DNA from: Octopus sinensis | Lineage: Eukaryota | Assembly (NCBI RefSeq): GCF_006345805.1 | Contig: NW_021834802.1 | Location: 1-45,561 of the forward strand | Reading direction: 5' to 3' | DNA: 45,561 nt | In this document: one piece after another, positions 25,051-37,325 of the stretch | Position numbering within the stretch: position 1 is the stretch's first letter | Layout: each line of letters starts with the position of its first letter | Notes under the pieces: model-generated | Databases searched by the model: none | Told to the model about the DNA's origin: nothing | What the model saw: the letters and a program-made list of their open reading frames with translations, nothing else | Program-made: the position numbers and the translations under genes

Positions 25051-25789
25051 GCACACACACACACGCACACACACACGCACACACACACGCACACGCACAC
25101 ACACACACACGCACACAAAACCACGACCAAGATATGCTTCTACTCACTTAAGTCTACTCAGACATGTCATGTAGCGAAGGTGACAGAGAAGAAAGCAAAT
25201 GGTAACACATAACAAACAAGAATATATATATCTACAAAAGAGTGCGGTGATTAAACTGTTGTCTAAATCATGCAAAAATGAAAATAAACACTGACATCTC
25301 ATTTTAACAGATACATTTACCAAAATTACATGAAAATATCTTGAAATATTAAAGAGTAAATTTATTCAATAAAATCGCCATTGGTTTCAACCACTTCAGT
25401 GGCGACAGTAGTTGTGCCTTTTGGCAAATGGATGCAAGAAACATCTGCCAACAGCAACAACATCTGAAACAACAAGACACATATTACTAACATTACTATG
25501 ACCATCACCATCGCCATCACAATCACCACTACCACAGAGACAACCAACATCACAAATACCAGCAAACCACAAAATACACCCAAACCAAGGACAACCGCTA
25601 AGAAACAATATAAATTACGTCACCATAAATAAAAGCAACAAACAGTTAATGAAACCCACATTTCAACAGACAGCCATTACTCAGAACGATTTCATCATAC
25701 CAACAAAAACACCCAAACACACAAAATTTATTCAAACAACTCAAAAGATAACAGTAAAAAAATCTTCATAAAAAAAGGAACTGCTTATG

Positions 25790-26800
25790 GAAATACTCAC
25801 AGCCGACCGGAAGGAGGAAACATCTCCACCTCCGAAGGAATAAGATAAAGTGGCCTTTTCTCACTTTCTTCCCTTCTGTCAAATATAGCCTTACACATTA
25901 CCTGGGGTCATCTTGGCAGCAGAGCTGCCTACTCAATAATATCAGTTCGTAAGATAGATGCGGTGGTCATCAGCGAGAGAAGAGTTTCCAATCCACAGGC
26001 CTTCGTTCCAATTTTCTATTTATCCCTAAGTCGACTGGGATTGAGGGGTGGAACTGCGGTGTTTTTTTTTAGGAAGGGTCTGGATCTCACATGTTCTTGG
26101 ACCCAGAAGGTAAGGTGGTGGTCATGGATGTGAAAAGTAGTCAATGGGTACATTCAGATTAGCAGCTGTTTATAATCCGACAGGGGTTTCTTTAGGATTC
26201 GGACATTTTCATATGAAAGTTTCGCTTTTAGCGCTAGTACAGGACTGGCTCACCATCTTTGATGCACGTTTGAATTGCATGATGCTTGCTGATAGGAAAG
26301 TGGGATTTAATAGTCTACCAAACCTGCTCAGATGTTCAACTTTCCGATTGAATTTTGCGAATGGCTAATGTGAGCAGAAACAAATCGCATCGGATTATCC
26401 AGATCATACCTAGACAGAGTATTCCGTAGACCAGTAGATGAAGGTAGCATAGGTTGTCCACATTTTAAAATCTTCAGTTGCACAGACCATACATTTTTGA
26501 TCTGGAGGTCGAACTAGATAAATTTTATAGGTAGGGATCCGGTTACTGGCAGTTGAACGCTTCGCTCCCGGCGCGCGCCTTGACGTATGAAGCAGGAATT
26601 GAGAATGCTACACGTCAACAACAAATGGTAGTTCGTTCTGAAAAGAGCGATTAGAGTAAAATCAACGAGGTTTAGTTAGGTCATAGCAATAGAGAAGAAA
26701 AGAATAGAAAGATTTGAAAGTGGAGTTTGGGAAAGGCATCGAAACTGACGTGCGCATGGTGAGAATGGCCCTCAACACGAAGCTCAGAGGTCGCATTGTT
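25790..26800 (+). mobile_element. Tx1/L1-clade LINE fragment: ORF1 end, spacer and ORF2 APE endonuclease
   Basis: WQQSCLLNNI..IDAVVISE, GGTAVFF.KGLDL, LDPEGKVVVMDV, FRLAAVYNPTG, LALVQDWLTIFDARL, SRSYLDRVF, CTDH, GSGYWQLNASL, VNNKW*.LKRAIR. Many frameshifts. Confidence 0.85.
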
Positions 26801-27469
26801 TTTTATGGTGAATGTGTCATATTATTTGCTTCTTCCTGTAAAAAATGTTCTTCTGTGAGTCTGTCATACTTTTTGTCTGCTAATAATGCGAGTTATATTC
26901 TCTGGTTTGTTGCTCAAATCTGATTTTACGTTTTCTTTTATTTGGCCAATTTCAATGTCGGTCAACTGCTTCCATTTTACAACATCTCTTGGAACATTCG
27001 CAAGTTTGTTGCTGTTTGTGTTTAGCTTTCTCACCCAAATCGATATATTTGTTCAGTATTTAAAAACTTGTGATGTGGATAATACATGGAAGTGTAATAA
27101 GCTTCAAATACATGTTTATTGTCATCTCTAGATCGTCCCTGTCTCTTGATTTGATTCGTTCTTGCTTGTGTTGGCCATGGAGAACCCTCAGAAGGTCTTG
27201 TCCTGCTGTAGAAGACTTCCAACCTCAAATTATTGGAAAGGTTTGAACCTGCTCGATCCCACCAGATGGCGATATATAGTCATCAAAAATGTGCGGCAGC
27301 ACTTGTGTTCCAGGAATTTTCGTCTCGCTGATGTCTACCACATTTATGTCGAGCGAATCAAATCGTTGAGCAAGAGACTCAGCTTCAAAACAGACCCCAT
27401 ACTCCGAACCAGCCTACACCAAGTGTAGTCATTTTAGGTTAGAGAAAATAATATGAATAACTACTTACC

Positions 27470-27830
27470 TTGGCTTTCATGTGCGTCTGTTGAAATGGCC
27501 TACCTTTTATCTGAGGAGGAAATTGGGAAAGGCTTCGCTAGTAAGCTTTTCCTGGGACACACTGAATTCTCTGATGTCCAGGAGAATTTTTCCTCTAAGT
27601 TTTAATTCGTGTTCATATTAGTCTATTTCAGCATTCTCTCAGAGGAAGTTTTTGGGAGGAGTTCAGTGAAAGAATCCCAGTCCTGTTGAGCTGGAGGGTC
27701 GATTTCACCCCCACAATCTCCTCATCTTCCTTCAGTGTGGCTAAAACTCTTGCCGTATCCAGATGAGCCCACGTTGTTGACTGGAATTCTAGTCAACCTC
27801 TTACCCATATAAAGGGAAACCATTATAAAG
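27470..27830 (-). mobile_element. Degenerate Tx1/L1-type ORF1 fragment
   Basis: IMVSLYMGKRLTRIPVNNV...IKGRP resembles the LPTYRG.KLIRAWV...GRPP segment of the ORF1 at 40.9-41.2 kb. Confidence 0.4.
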
Positions 27831-28185
27831 TTCTGGAAGGTGCATGTAATAGTTGCAATACTTCAGGCTTCTTGTTGGTCGATGTATATAACAGCTACCG
27901 TCTGCGTATTTTTGTTTTCCTTTATATATATACGTAGCACATCGCTCAGGCATTTTTCTTTTACTGCCGGAGTCGCAAATTTGTCTCCCCTCTTTGCGAG
28001 AAACGCACTTATACACAATGGTTTTTCGTTCAGATTTAGTTTTTGTTTTTTTTTCCTTTTCACTAAGAAACGTAGCTCCTGGTTTCACAATATCATTTTT
28101 GTAGCGGAGGGGGCCTTTATCTTTCAGATCTTACTTCGAATGCACGGTCGGCTGGTTAGAGAAGATAGACTTGTCATTGTTGCTA

Positions 28186-28557
28186 TTACTGATTTGTTGT
28201 TGTTTTGCACAGTTTTTTGTTGTCATTACTGCTGCTGCTGCTGCTGTGGTTGATGTAAATGTTGTTGACTTCATTCTCGATTCTGTCTCTAATTTCATTC
28301 TCGCTCATGTCCTCGTTCTTGTCGTTGTTCATGCTGTTGTTGCTAATGTTGTCGCTGTTGCTGCTGTTGTATACAGTCGTTGCTGTTATTGTTGTCGTTA
28401 TATAGTTGTTGTTGTTGTTGTCACTGTTGCAGCTGCTTCTAGTATTTTCGCAGATGTTGCCGTTGTCATTGCGGCAAGACAAAATTCCTTCAGTTAGATT
28501 CAATAAGTTTATTTCACCCTCAACTTGCCTGCCACTGACGTCATGTTCCGTTGCCAT
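28186..28557 (-). CDS. Asn/Ser-rich ATG-initiated ORF (123 aa), possible exon
   Basis: MATEHDVSGRQVEGEINLLNLTEG... The frame is open from ~28615. Low complexity, no recognised domain. Confidence 0.2.
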   Translation of the reverse strand: MATEHDVSGRQVEGEINLLNLTEGILSCRNDNGNICENTRSSCNSDNNNNNYITTTITATTVYNSSNSDNISNNSMNNDKNEDMSENEIRDRIENEVNNIYINHSSSSSSNDNKKLCKTTTNQ

Positions 28558-28750
28558 GGATACATTGGCATTTAAAAATGGGTCGACGGAACGCTGGCCA
28601 CCATCGATTATTAATTATTGTGTCGTGTGTTCCGACATTTTTTAAAGTTGGAAAAAATTTTCAAAATCTTTGTTTTTACAAGAAATTCAAAATAGATATC
28701 ATTGAGTTGCATCCTCAGAAGAAGGCACAATTAGACAGAAATATTACCTA

Positions 28751-28976
28751 TTTCTTTATTACCCACAAGGGGCTAAACATAGAGGGGACAAACAAGGACA
28801 GACATAGGTATTAAGTCGATTACATCGACCCCAGTGCGTAACTGGTACTTAATTTATTGACCCCGAAAGGATGAAAGGCAAAGTCGACCTCGGCGGAATT
28901 TGAACTCAGAACGTAACGACAGACGAAATACCGCTGAGCATTTCGCCCGGCGTGCTAACGTTTCTGCCAGCTCACC
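28751..28976 (-). mobile_element. SINE family A
   Basis: Near-identical to the reverse complement of 963-1194. Confidence 0.9.
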
Positions 28977-29337
28977 CATTGTTACCCAGACAATATCAAG
29001 AATGAAATTATCTCAATATGACAGACTCTAAGCAGCCTAAAAGTTTCATGAAACTCTCAGAACTTCACAAGCTCACTAACAAACACTTAGAATAATTCAA
29101 CTATGACAATACTTGTTTTAACTTCCGGGTAAAATATACAAAAAGGATAATTTGGAAAAATAGGATTCTGTAAGAAATCAACAGAGACCATTTAATGCAG
29201 TAGTGAGTTACGTTAAAATTAATTTAAATTAATTAAATAGGCGTTAAAATAACTTTCTTCGTAAAATTATGAATAAATATTGGATTCAATACAACGCTTC
29301 AATAATGGTGGAAAACGAAGTCTAACAAAAAAAAAGT

Positions 29338-29457
29338 TTCTTTATTACCCACAAGGGGCTAAACATAGAGGGGACAAACAAACGGATTAAGTCGATTACA
29401 TCGACCCAAGTGCGTAACTGGTACTTAATTTATCGACCCCAAAACTATGAAAGGCAG
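29338..29457 (-). mobile_element. SINE family A, 3' half
   Basis: TTTCTTTATTACCCACAAGGGGCTAAACATAGAGGGGACAAAC...GAAAGGCA. Confidence 0.85.
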
Positions 29458-30285
29458 CAGATAATAGCGATATCTGCATATTTTCATTATTGAAAGAAAA
29501 TATTTAAGTGAAATGTAAAAGACTAAATGGAGTTCATAGAAATGTTAAAAAATTAAATATTTAGGCAAAATTTATAACCTAATTAAGGAAACTGAAAAGA
29601 TAGTATAAGCATAATCTCATACATATATAAAAAAATGATTTTTATCAATATCTAAAGAGTTGGAACAACGCCAAAAAAAGAAAAAAAAAATTCCAGATGC
29701 TGAGTGTAATAAAAATGCTAAATGATTGTTGATACTTTGGTAAGTATAAATACCAGGAACCATGAACCAGACTTCGTTATAACCGAAGAACAGATAAATG
29801 CTTTGTAGGGGAAAAATTTGAAAATCAATTTGAAAAGCTCTTGATTTTGATAATAACCCACTGCAGGGGTTGAAATTAGAAACTCTGAAATTTTTAGTTT
29901 TGAGAAAATGAGGATACCATGTCTACTAGTGCGCGCACACACACACACACACACACACAGACACACAAACACACACATGCACGCACACACACACACAAAC
30001 ACACACATACACACGTATGCACACACACATATATACATAAGTACACACACGCGCACGCGTGCGGGGGGTTCATAAAAGTTTATATTTCCAAACGGTGATA
30101 AAATATTCGAAATATAAAGTTGACTGTATTTTATTAGAAATTCCGAATTTCATACCGCCGACTGTTCAAGTGATTGAAATTAGAAAACAGCGCACGCATA
30201 TATATAAATATACACACACTTATACGTACATGCATACATATATATACATACATATATACACACATACACACACACACACACACAC

Positions 30286-30325
<40 letters not shown>

Positions 30326-30364
30326 TATATATATACACACACACATACATACATGCAATCATAG

Positions 30365-30648
30365 ACTCTCTTGTCGTTAGATGATGTATGAGGGTTTGGC
30401 AGTTTTTTGCCTAACAACCAAACAGATGATTTATTTATAGTGATCAAACGTTTGTGTACACTTAAGCTCACTCCCTGCATCAGATCGACATTACCTGTAC
30501 AGGTGCCACATGTCAGATGACGAAACGATCGCAGTGCAATGTGAAATGAAGTACTTTGCTCAAGTGCACAACGCAACGCCCAGTCGGGAAATCGAACCCA
30601 CGATCCCGCAATCGTGAGTGCAACACCTTAACCACTGAGCCGCGTGCG
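30365..30648 (-). mobile_element. SINE family C
   Basis: The rc head CGCGGCTCAGTGGTTAAGGTG...GGGTTCGATTTCC...TTGAGCAAAGTACTTCATTTCAC matches the 23248 copy. Confidence 0.8.
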
Positions 30649-30660
30649 TGTGTATTTATG

Positions 30661-30733
<73 letters not shown>

Positions 30734-30872
30734 ATGATCCCTACAGTTTGTTCATCTATCTGATGCGTGGTTGTGGCTGGCTGCAACGATTATTTCATCC
30801 AACCATAAATAAATAACACCATGAACCTAACATTAATCGAATGTATAATTTCGCTCGTTATCTGAGAAATCT

Positions 30873-32185
30873 ATTAGAAGCAGGCGTGATTTTAAAACTG
30901 CATGTGTCCTCCTTGGATTTCATGCCTGCAATCCTATCCGATAATTCCATTTATCCTAATCTTCTGTGCATTGAAGCAGCTAACACAATGTTTGTTTGCT
31001 TGTTTTTTTAAACTTTTATTCAAGAACCGAGCAACTAACATCAAAAAGAAAATTAAAAGTGTTTTGAACTTTTCGAGTGCACTGTAATCGTACAGACTTA
31101 CGACTTAAATCATAAACCGAGTCTGGTTGTCGGTAACCAAAAACCCAAAAGTACATGTAGAATCGGATCTGATGGAACCAGACGCAGAGCAACCACAGAG
31201 TGGAGGGGAGTATATGTGGGAAAGTTTTAGAGTTCGAGTCTTAAGCATGTGCATCTCTAATTATATGGAACTTCAAATGATTAGATGTGATTGTCGTTTG
31301 GAAAATGTTAAAAAACAAATATCGGAAAACTTATTGAAAACTGTTTGAGATCTGAAAAATTAAGAGTCACCATTCGCTTGTCACAATAGCAACAACTGCA
31401 ACAATCAATTTAAATCAGATTTAAACATGTAGACAAGAAGATTTTGTATGTCAGGGTAAAGATATATAAAAGGCAAATTGTTTAATTTTGTTTATACTGA
31501 CAGTGTTAAGTATAACAGTACTACAAAGCCCTGTTAACAATTAGACTTAGATTTAGGGTCTTTCTGCGTTGTGGGACGCAAAAGGCAACAAGTTTCCTCT
31601 GGAGTTGTTGCTCTGTCGCAGTTCTTTCCGCTGCTGCACAACAACTCCTCATGGACTGTGTCTATGGCAGGCAGTCGGTTGTGATAATTTTCACACCTTG
31701 CTGTTACAGTATTGTCAATGCACTGTCGGCATCTTACTCTCTTCCAAGATTCTTTTATTGGCAGGTGTGTTTCCAAATATTTCTTGCTTTTTGTTGTATT
31801 GCTTTATGTTTTCCCCAGATACTCCCTACACCCGGTGGTTGCTTTGCGTGTCTTGTTCCAGCGGATACGATTCTACATGTACTTTTGGGTTTGGGTTAAC
31901 GAAAACCAGACTGAAGTTCTGATTTAAGTCGTCAGTAGGATTACGGTACTCTTGAAAGCGTTCAAAATACTTTGAATTTTCTTTTCGATGTTAGTTGCTC
32001 GGTTCTAGAATAAAAGTTTTTTTTAAAAAAAAACAAGCAAACAAACATTATATCAATAAGTAGAGCAATAACATATTAGCTTCAATGCACAAAAAATAAT
32101 TAGAATAAACGAAATTGTCGGATAGGGTAGCAGGCATGAAATCCAAAAGAACACACGCAGTTATAAAATAACGCCTGCTTCTAAT
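30873..32185. mobile_element. Fold-back DNA element with ~350-bp inverted arms and a short internal Cys-rich relic
   Basis: 30873-31224 mirrors 31810-32185 (~75% by eye). The interior minus strand reads HLPIKESWKRVRCRQC(x8)CENY. Confidence 0.7.
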
Positions 32186-32551
32186 TTTATTTATGTGTAC
32201 TTCTAGATGAAGGTCATGTGATACGGCATGTGTTCTGTACTATGTTGCATGAAGTCAATCATGACGTCACCATTCTATTCTGACAAGATAATTGACCAAC
32301 AGATGGCGCCAACTGCAAAACAGAGAGCAGTAGAACCACTTGTATTTTTGTATTTTTTTTTGTTTTTGCAAAACTCACAGGTTTCACATAAATGTGAAAT
32401 AAATAAATTGAAATTGCATGTTATTTGAGCGCGAATAAAGAAGGAGGAATCGACTGAATTTTATATTAATTTTTGAAAATCATTGAATAACTGCAGAAAA
32501 TTAGGATGATCACTGCATAGTTAGGGTGGATATATATATATATATATAATG

Positions 32552-32695
32552 TTGGGCTTCTTTTCAGTTTCCGCCTACGAAATCCACTCACAAAGCTTTG
32601 GTCGGGGTCTGAGACTATAGTTGAAGACACTTGCTCACGATGTCAAGCAGTGGGACTGAACCGAAGATCATACGGTTGGGAACCGAGTTTCTCAA
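32552..32695 (-). mobile_element. SINE family B, 5' fragment
   Basis: GGGCTTCTTTTCAGTTTCCGCCTACGAAATCCACTCACAAAGCTTTGGTCGG...GAAGACACTTGC...GTGGGACTGAACC. Confidence 0.8.
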
Positions 32696-32721
32696 TAATA
32701 CACATATATATCTACATACAC

Positions 32722-32950
32722 AGTCACGACACCCCCTTGCGAGAAATAGACTGAACTGAGCGATTACAAATAGTATCGGTGGGAGTGAAGTTTGTGTGTT
32801 TGTTCGAATTGAGTTGGCAGTGAAGTCGCAAGGTGTCGGTTGGTTAGTTCATTATTTGTTTGTTGGTTCGTGAAGAGATTGTTGGATCGTTACGTTGTCA
32901 TCACGACTGCATCGTTATCTTGTTCATTGTTACAACACTGGTGCAGTGTA
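32722..32950 (+). mobile_element. Possible short LTR followed by a primer-binding-site-like sequence
   Basis: (A)GTCACGAC...TGTTACAACA followed by CTGGTGCAGTG. No second LTR and no gag/pol seen. Confidence 0.3.
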
Positions 32951-33120
32951 TCAAAACCATCCGTCACAATATCGTAGCGGTTCCACGATTTTGGAGACGA
33001 AGGATACAACAGTGTGTGTGCGCGCGTGCGCCCTTTCGTTTGTGTTTCACCGTTTCACGACCAGTTTTAATTTGGCTGTGCAAATGTTTCCAAAATGTAC
33101 AGTCACCAACCTGAACTAAG

Positions 33121-33915
33121 CAGTGATCATCCTAAGTTTTAGCACTCAAAAATTCATATAAAATTTGCTTATTTATCTTTCGAGTTTTCGGGTTAAATTT
33201 CACGACAATTAATCTGTCCTTTTTCAAGAACAATGTTGGAGAGCATAAATATTAAAGTTGTAGTTGAGAAAAAGTTAGCTGACATGGAGGGCTGAAAGGC
33301 ATCTGAGTATCGGAAATCAATTACCTGTATTATATTGATTCGCGCCGGGTATCAACTTGTCAACATATTGGCTTCTGCTCAGTGCTCTGTGAACTTTGTA
33401 AAGGCTGTGATGTTTGTCATAAACAGCTGCAACAAAGATTCTGAAGAAGCGGCCAGCAACAATGTGATGGTATTTGGGTTTGCCTCCAGTGAGGATGACA
33501 CCACACAGCTTCGCTTTTCTTAACGGGGCTTTAGGCTCAATTCACACGACTCTGAGAAGCTGCTGGAGACCGTGGTCGGAGAGGGTTGCTGCTGAAAGGC
33601 CGTATATGGGGCAGCAGTATTCGGTTCTTTGTCAAACCCCACAAAAGAGTCAGAAGCGGTTGTCAGAGAATTTCAACAACTTCAGCAGCCCTAATTTCTG
33701 GCCTCTTAATTCCTCTAATTGTAATCCCATGGATTACTACATGTGAGGTGCGATGAAAAAAGACACCAACCACTCTGCCTTCAACACCAAGCCTCATCTG
33801 GTGGCCAAGATCAAGAAGGCATTCGAAGATCTTCCCAGGGATACAGCGAAGAATGCTTGCGTCAGGTTCCCGAGCCGTCTTGAAATCATGGTGGAAGATG
33901 AGAGTGACTACATGG
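33121..33915 (+). mobile_element. Decayed maT (DD37D) Tc1/mariner element
   Basis: ASNNVMVFGF.SSE, RPYMGQQ(Y)S...FWPLNSSNCNPMDYY with 37-residue spacing, ACVRFPSRLE. Left end CAGTGATCATCCTAA, whose reverse complement also occurs at 32501-32515. Confidence 0.85.
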
Positions 33916-34029
33916 CGGGAGAAGGCGATAACGGTTCTGGATTGACATCCCTTTTATGCTGTAAAAAGGAATCTCTTTTGCTTTTTACAATTTGCTACTG
34001 CGCTACAAATATTCAATACCAGTTACAGT

Positions 34030-36355
34030 ACAATAGATAAAGCAATTAAGAAAATGAAGAGTGGGAAAGCCCCTGGACCATCGGGTATCATTGCCGAATT
34101 GATTAAAATATCAGGTGGTGTGAGATACAATCCAGTCACCTGTATAGTTAATCAGGTTATTCAGGAAGGCGTCATCTCCAAAGACTGGTGTAGCAGTATT
34201 ATAGTCAACTGCTACAAGGGTAAAGGTAATGCCTTAGATAGAAACAACCACAGAGGTATCAAACTGCTAGACAAAGTCAGAAAAATTACAGAGAGAGAGA
34301 GTTATAACTCAACTAATTAGGGATAGAATTAAACTGGATGAGATGCAGTTTGGTTTTGTTCCTGGAAGAAGTACCACAGATGCCATCTTCATAGTGAGAC
34401 AGTAGCAAGGAAAGCATTTGGCCAAAAGTAAGCCATTGTCAATTTGGAGAAAGCTTTCGACAAGGTTCCCCACTCTCTTATTTGGTTAGAGTGGTTCAAG
34501 CCATGTACAGTGATGCTGTCAGTAAGGTGAGAGTGGGCCTTGAATACAGGATGAATTTAACGTACAAGTTGGAGTACGCCAGGGATCAGTTCTTAGTCCA
34601 CTCTTATTCATCATAGTTCTCCAGGCCATAACAGATGAGTTCTAAACTGGATGGCCATGGGAACAATTATATGCTGATGATCTTGTTCTTATTGTAGAAT
34701 CTGAAGCAGAATTGGAAAAGAATTTTTGGGTTTGGAAGCAAAACCTGGAATCAAAGGGCCTTAAAGTTAACTTAGCTAAGACTAAAGTTGTTGTTAGCGA
34801 GAAGGGAGATAAGGTTTTCATTCTGGCTGGCAAATGGCTCTGTTCGATATGTAGGAAAGGAGTGGCCAAGTGTAAGCTATTGACGCATAAAAGATGCAGT
34901 GGAATTATGGGAAGATAAGGTTGCTTTCGTGTGTGGCACATGTGCAAGAACAGTAAGTACTAAGAGCACAAGGGACTTAAACTCACTCAAATGCCCAAGA
35001 GGTTCTCTTGAGGTAGTAGACAGTTTCTGCTATTTAGGTGGACAAATTAGCCAAGGTGGTGGATGCTCTGAAAGTATTGTTTCTAGAATAAGAATAGGAT
35101 GGAGGAAGTTCAGAGAACTACTACCTCTGTTGGCAACAAAAGGACTCTCTCTCTCTCAGAGTATAAGGTAGATTGTATGATGCTTGTGTGAGACATGGGC
35201 TCTGACTGCGGAGGACATGCGTAGGCTGGAGAGCAATGAAGGTAGTATGCTCCACTGGATTTGCAACATCAGTGTGCATGTATGACAGAGCACAACTGTG
35301 TTGAGAGAAAAGTTAGGCATAAGAAGGATTAAATGGGGTCTGCAGGAGAGGAGAATGCGTTGGATGGCCATGTGATGAAGACGGCTGTATACAGAAGTGC
35401 TGGTCACTGAAAGTGGATGGCACCTGTGGAAGAGGAAGACCCAGGAAGGCAAGGGATGAAGTGGTGAGGACGGATCTTAGAATGTAGGGGCTCATGGAGG
35501 AAATGATAGTGGACCGAGATGTTTTAGAGAAGACCTGTCCATGAAGCTGAGTGCTAGATGAGTTGTGTTCCACCCACCCTACCCAAAGAAATCAAACTAC
35601 AACTCCTCTTCTAACTGCATCTTTCTCTTCCTCGCGTTTCCTTTGCATAAATCACGATTGTTTTCCAATCCCTTTTCTTGCCCTCACTGCCCTGCTCACT
35701 GTATCACTGCTCCCCACACACTCCATCATCCACACCCTATTTTTCTACCCAGGTTCCACACTCATATTCTTGTTACTTGTGAGTATACCTTGGCACTACA
35801 CCATCTCTCTTTCACCTTTGCTGTTTCCTACTCTCTCTGTCTCTCTCTCTGACCAGGTAACCAAGTATCACCTTTACATCTGCACACCTGTTTCTGATCT
35901 CTTTCTTGTACCTCTCTCTCTCATTATCTCAATGGGTAACCATGTATCTCCTCTGTAGCAAGACACCTGCTTCTGTCTCTCTGTCACACTCTAACCTTTC
36001 ATCATCTGACACAACTTCCCCTCCTCAAATGCCCTACCCCTCACATAATTCCTTGTCTTGTGAGTTACTTGGTTAGCCTGCCAGTGCTGGTGCCGTGTTA
36101 AAAGCATCCAGTCAACACTGTAACATGGTTGGTATCTGGAAGGGCATCCAGCTGTAAAAATCATGCTGAAACTAACCTCACCTGTGCTAGTGCCACGTAA
36201 AAAGCGGAGTGGTCTGTGTTAGGAAGGGCATCCAGCCGTAAAAATCCCTGCCGAAACAGATGCAGTAGCCTTGGGTAGTTCTACCTGGCTGGTTCCTATC
36301 AACCATCCTAACCGTGCATGCATGGAAGATGGACGTTAAACGACGATAAGGATAA
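34030..36355 (+). mobile_element. 5'-truncated RTE-clade LINE (RT domain, 3' UTR and tail)
   Basis: KMKSGKAPGPSG, YKGKG..LDRNN(H)RGIKLL, QFGFVPGRSTTDAIF, EKAFD, YADD (34670-34681), NLAKTK, FCYLG, RIRIGWRKFRELLPLL. 3' tail has a duplicated GGAAGGGCATCCAGC block and ends GGACGTTAAACGACGATAAG. Stops and deletions present. Confidence 0.92.
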
Positions 36356-36393
36356 TGTTACATTCATTTAAGTGTTGCAATAATACAGAACTT

Positions 36394-36581
36394 CATTATT
36401 TACATTATTTACATTCGACGGATATTTGTCTTCATCTTGTTTGTTGTTAACACAACGTTTTGGCTGATATACCCTCCAACCGATAGAATATATCAGCCGA
36501 AACGTTGTGTTAACAACAAACAAGATGAGGACAAGTACCCGTCAAATATCAGAGGATCAAATATAAATAATGTAAATGATG
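36394..36581. repeat. Fold-back (55-bp inner arms, 17-nt loop) of a Penelope pLTR-like sequence
   Basis: 36417-36471 is the near-exact reverse complement of 36489-36543. Outer CATTATTTACATTATTT / AAATAATGTAAATGATG also pair. Confidence 0.9.
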
Positions 36582-36764
36582 TTCATAATTCCTCATTTCT
36601 TGAATATAGAACTGTATGTTCACTAACGGCCCTCTCGTAAAGTCTGTACCAGGCTTTAAAACTTGCCGTATAAGGTTTTTAGAGATAATTCAAACCGTGT
36701 GGTCCTGTGTTCAGTCACACTGTGTGGCACCTTTGACAACTATCTTCTTTTATTGCCCCAGGTC

Positions 36765-37045
36765 AACAAAAGCTTTATGAATAAATTTGGGAGATGGAAA
36801 CCGTGTGGAAGCCCGTCGTATATGCATGTGTGTATGTCTTTGTGCTCGTGATCGTCTTCCAACCGTTTGACAACCAGTGTTAATCCGTTTATCTTTCCGT
36901 AGCAGTTCGACAAAGCAGGCCGATAGAAAAAGCGTCAGGGTTAAGAAAATAAACAAAGAAAAAAACTGATTTGTTTAACTAAAACCCTTCAAGTCGGTGC
37001 CCCAGCATGGCCGCAGTCCATGAAACAAGTAGAAGTTAAGAGATA
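36765..37045 (+). mobile_element. SINE family B, 3' two-thirds
   Basis: GGAAGCCCGTCGTATAT...TTGACAACC...GGTGCCCCAGCATGGCCGCAGTC...GAAACAAG. Confidence 0.8.
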
Positions 37046-37079
37046 ATCTACAATCCGTTCAATATTTATTTTTTTATCT

Positions 37080-37275
37080 TTTATTTATTTGAGCCATTAG
37101 ACTTTGGCCATGCTGGGGCAACACTTTCTAGATTTTCAGTCGAACGAATCAACTCTGGACCTACTTTTTAAATCTGGCACTTATTTTATCGTCATTTTGC
37201 CGAACTGCTAAGTTATGGGAACGTAAGCACACCAGCACCAGTTGTCAAGCGATGGTGGTGGACAACCACAGACAC

Positions 37276-37325
<50 letters not shown>

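Noticed and set aside
25362-25640. Thr-rich mucin-like reading on the plus strand
   Set aside because: Interrupted by a stop, low complexity and no splice support.
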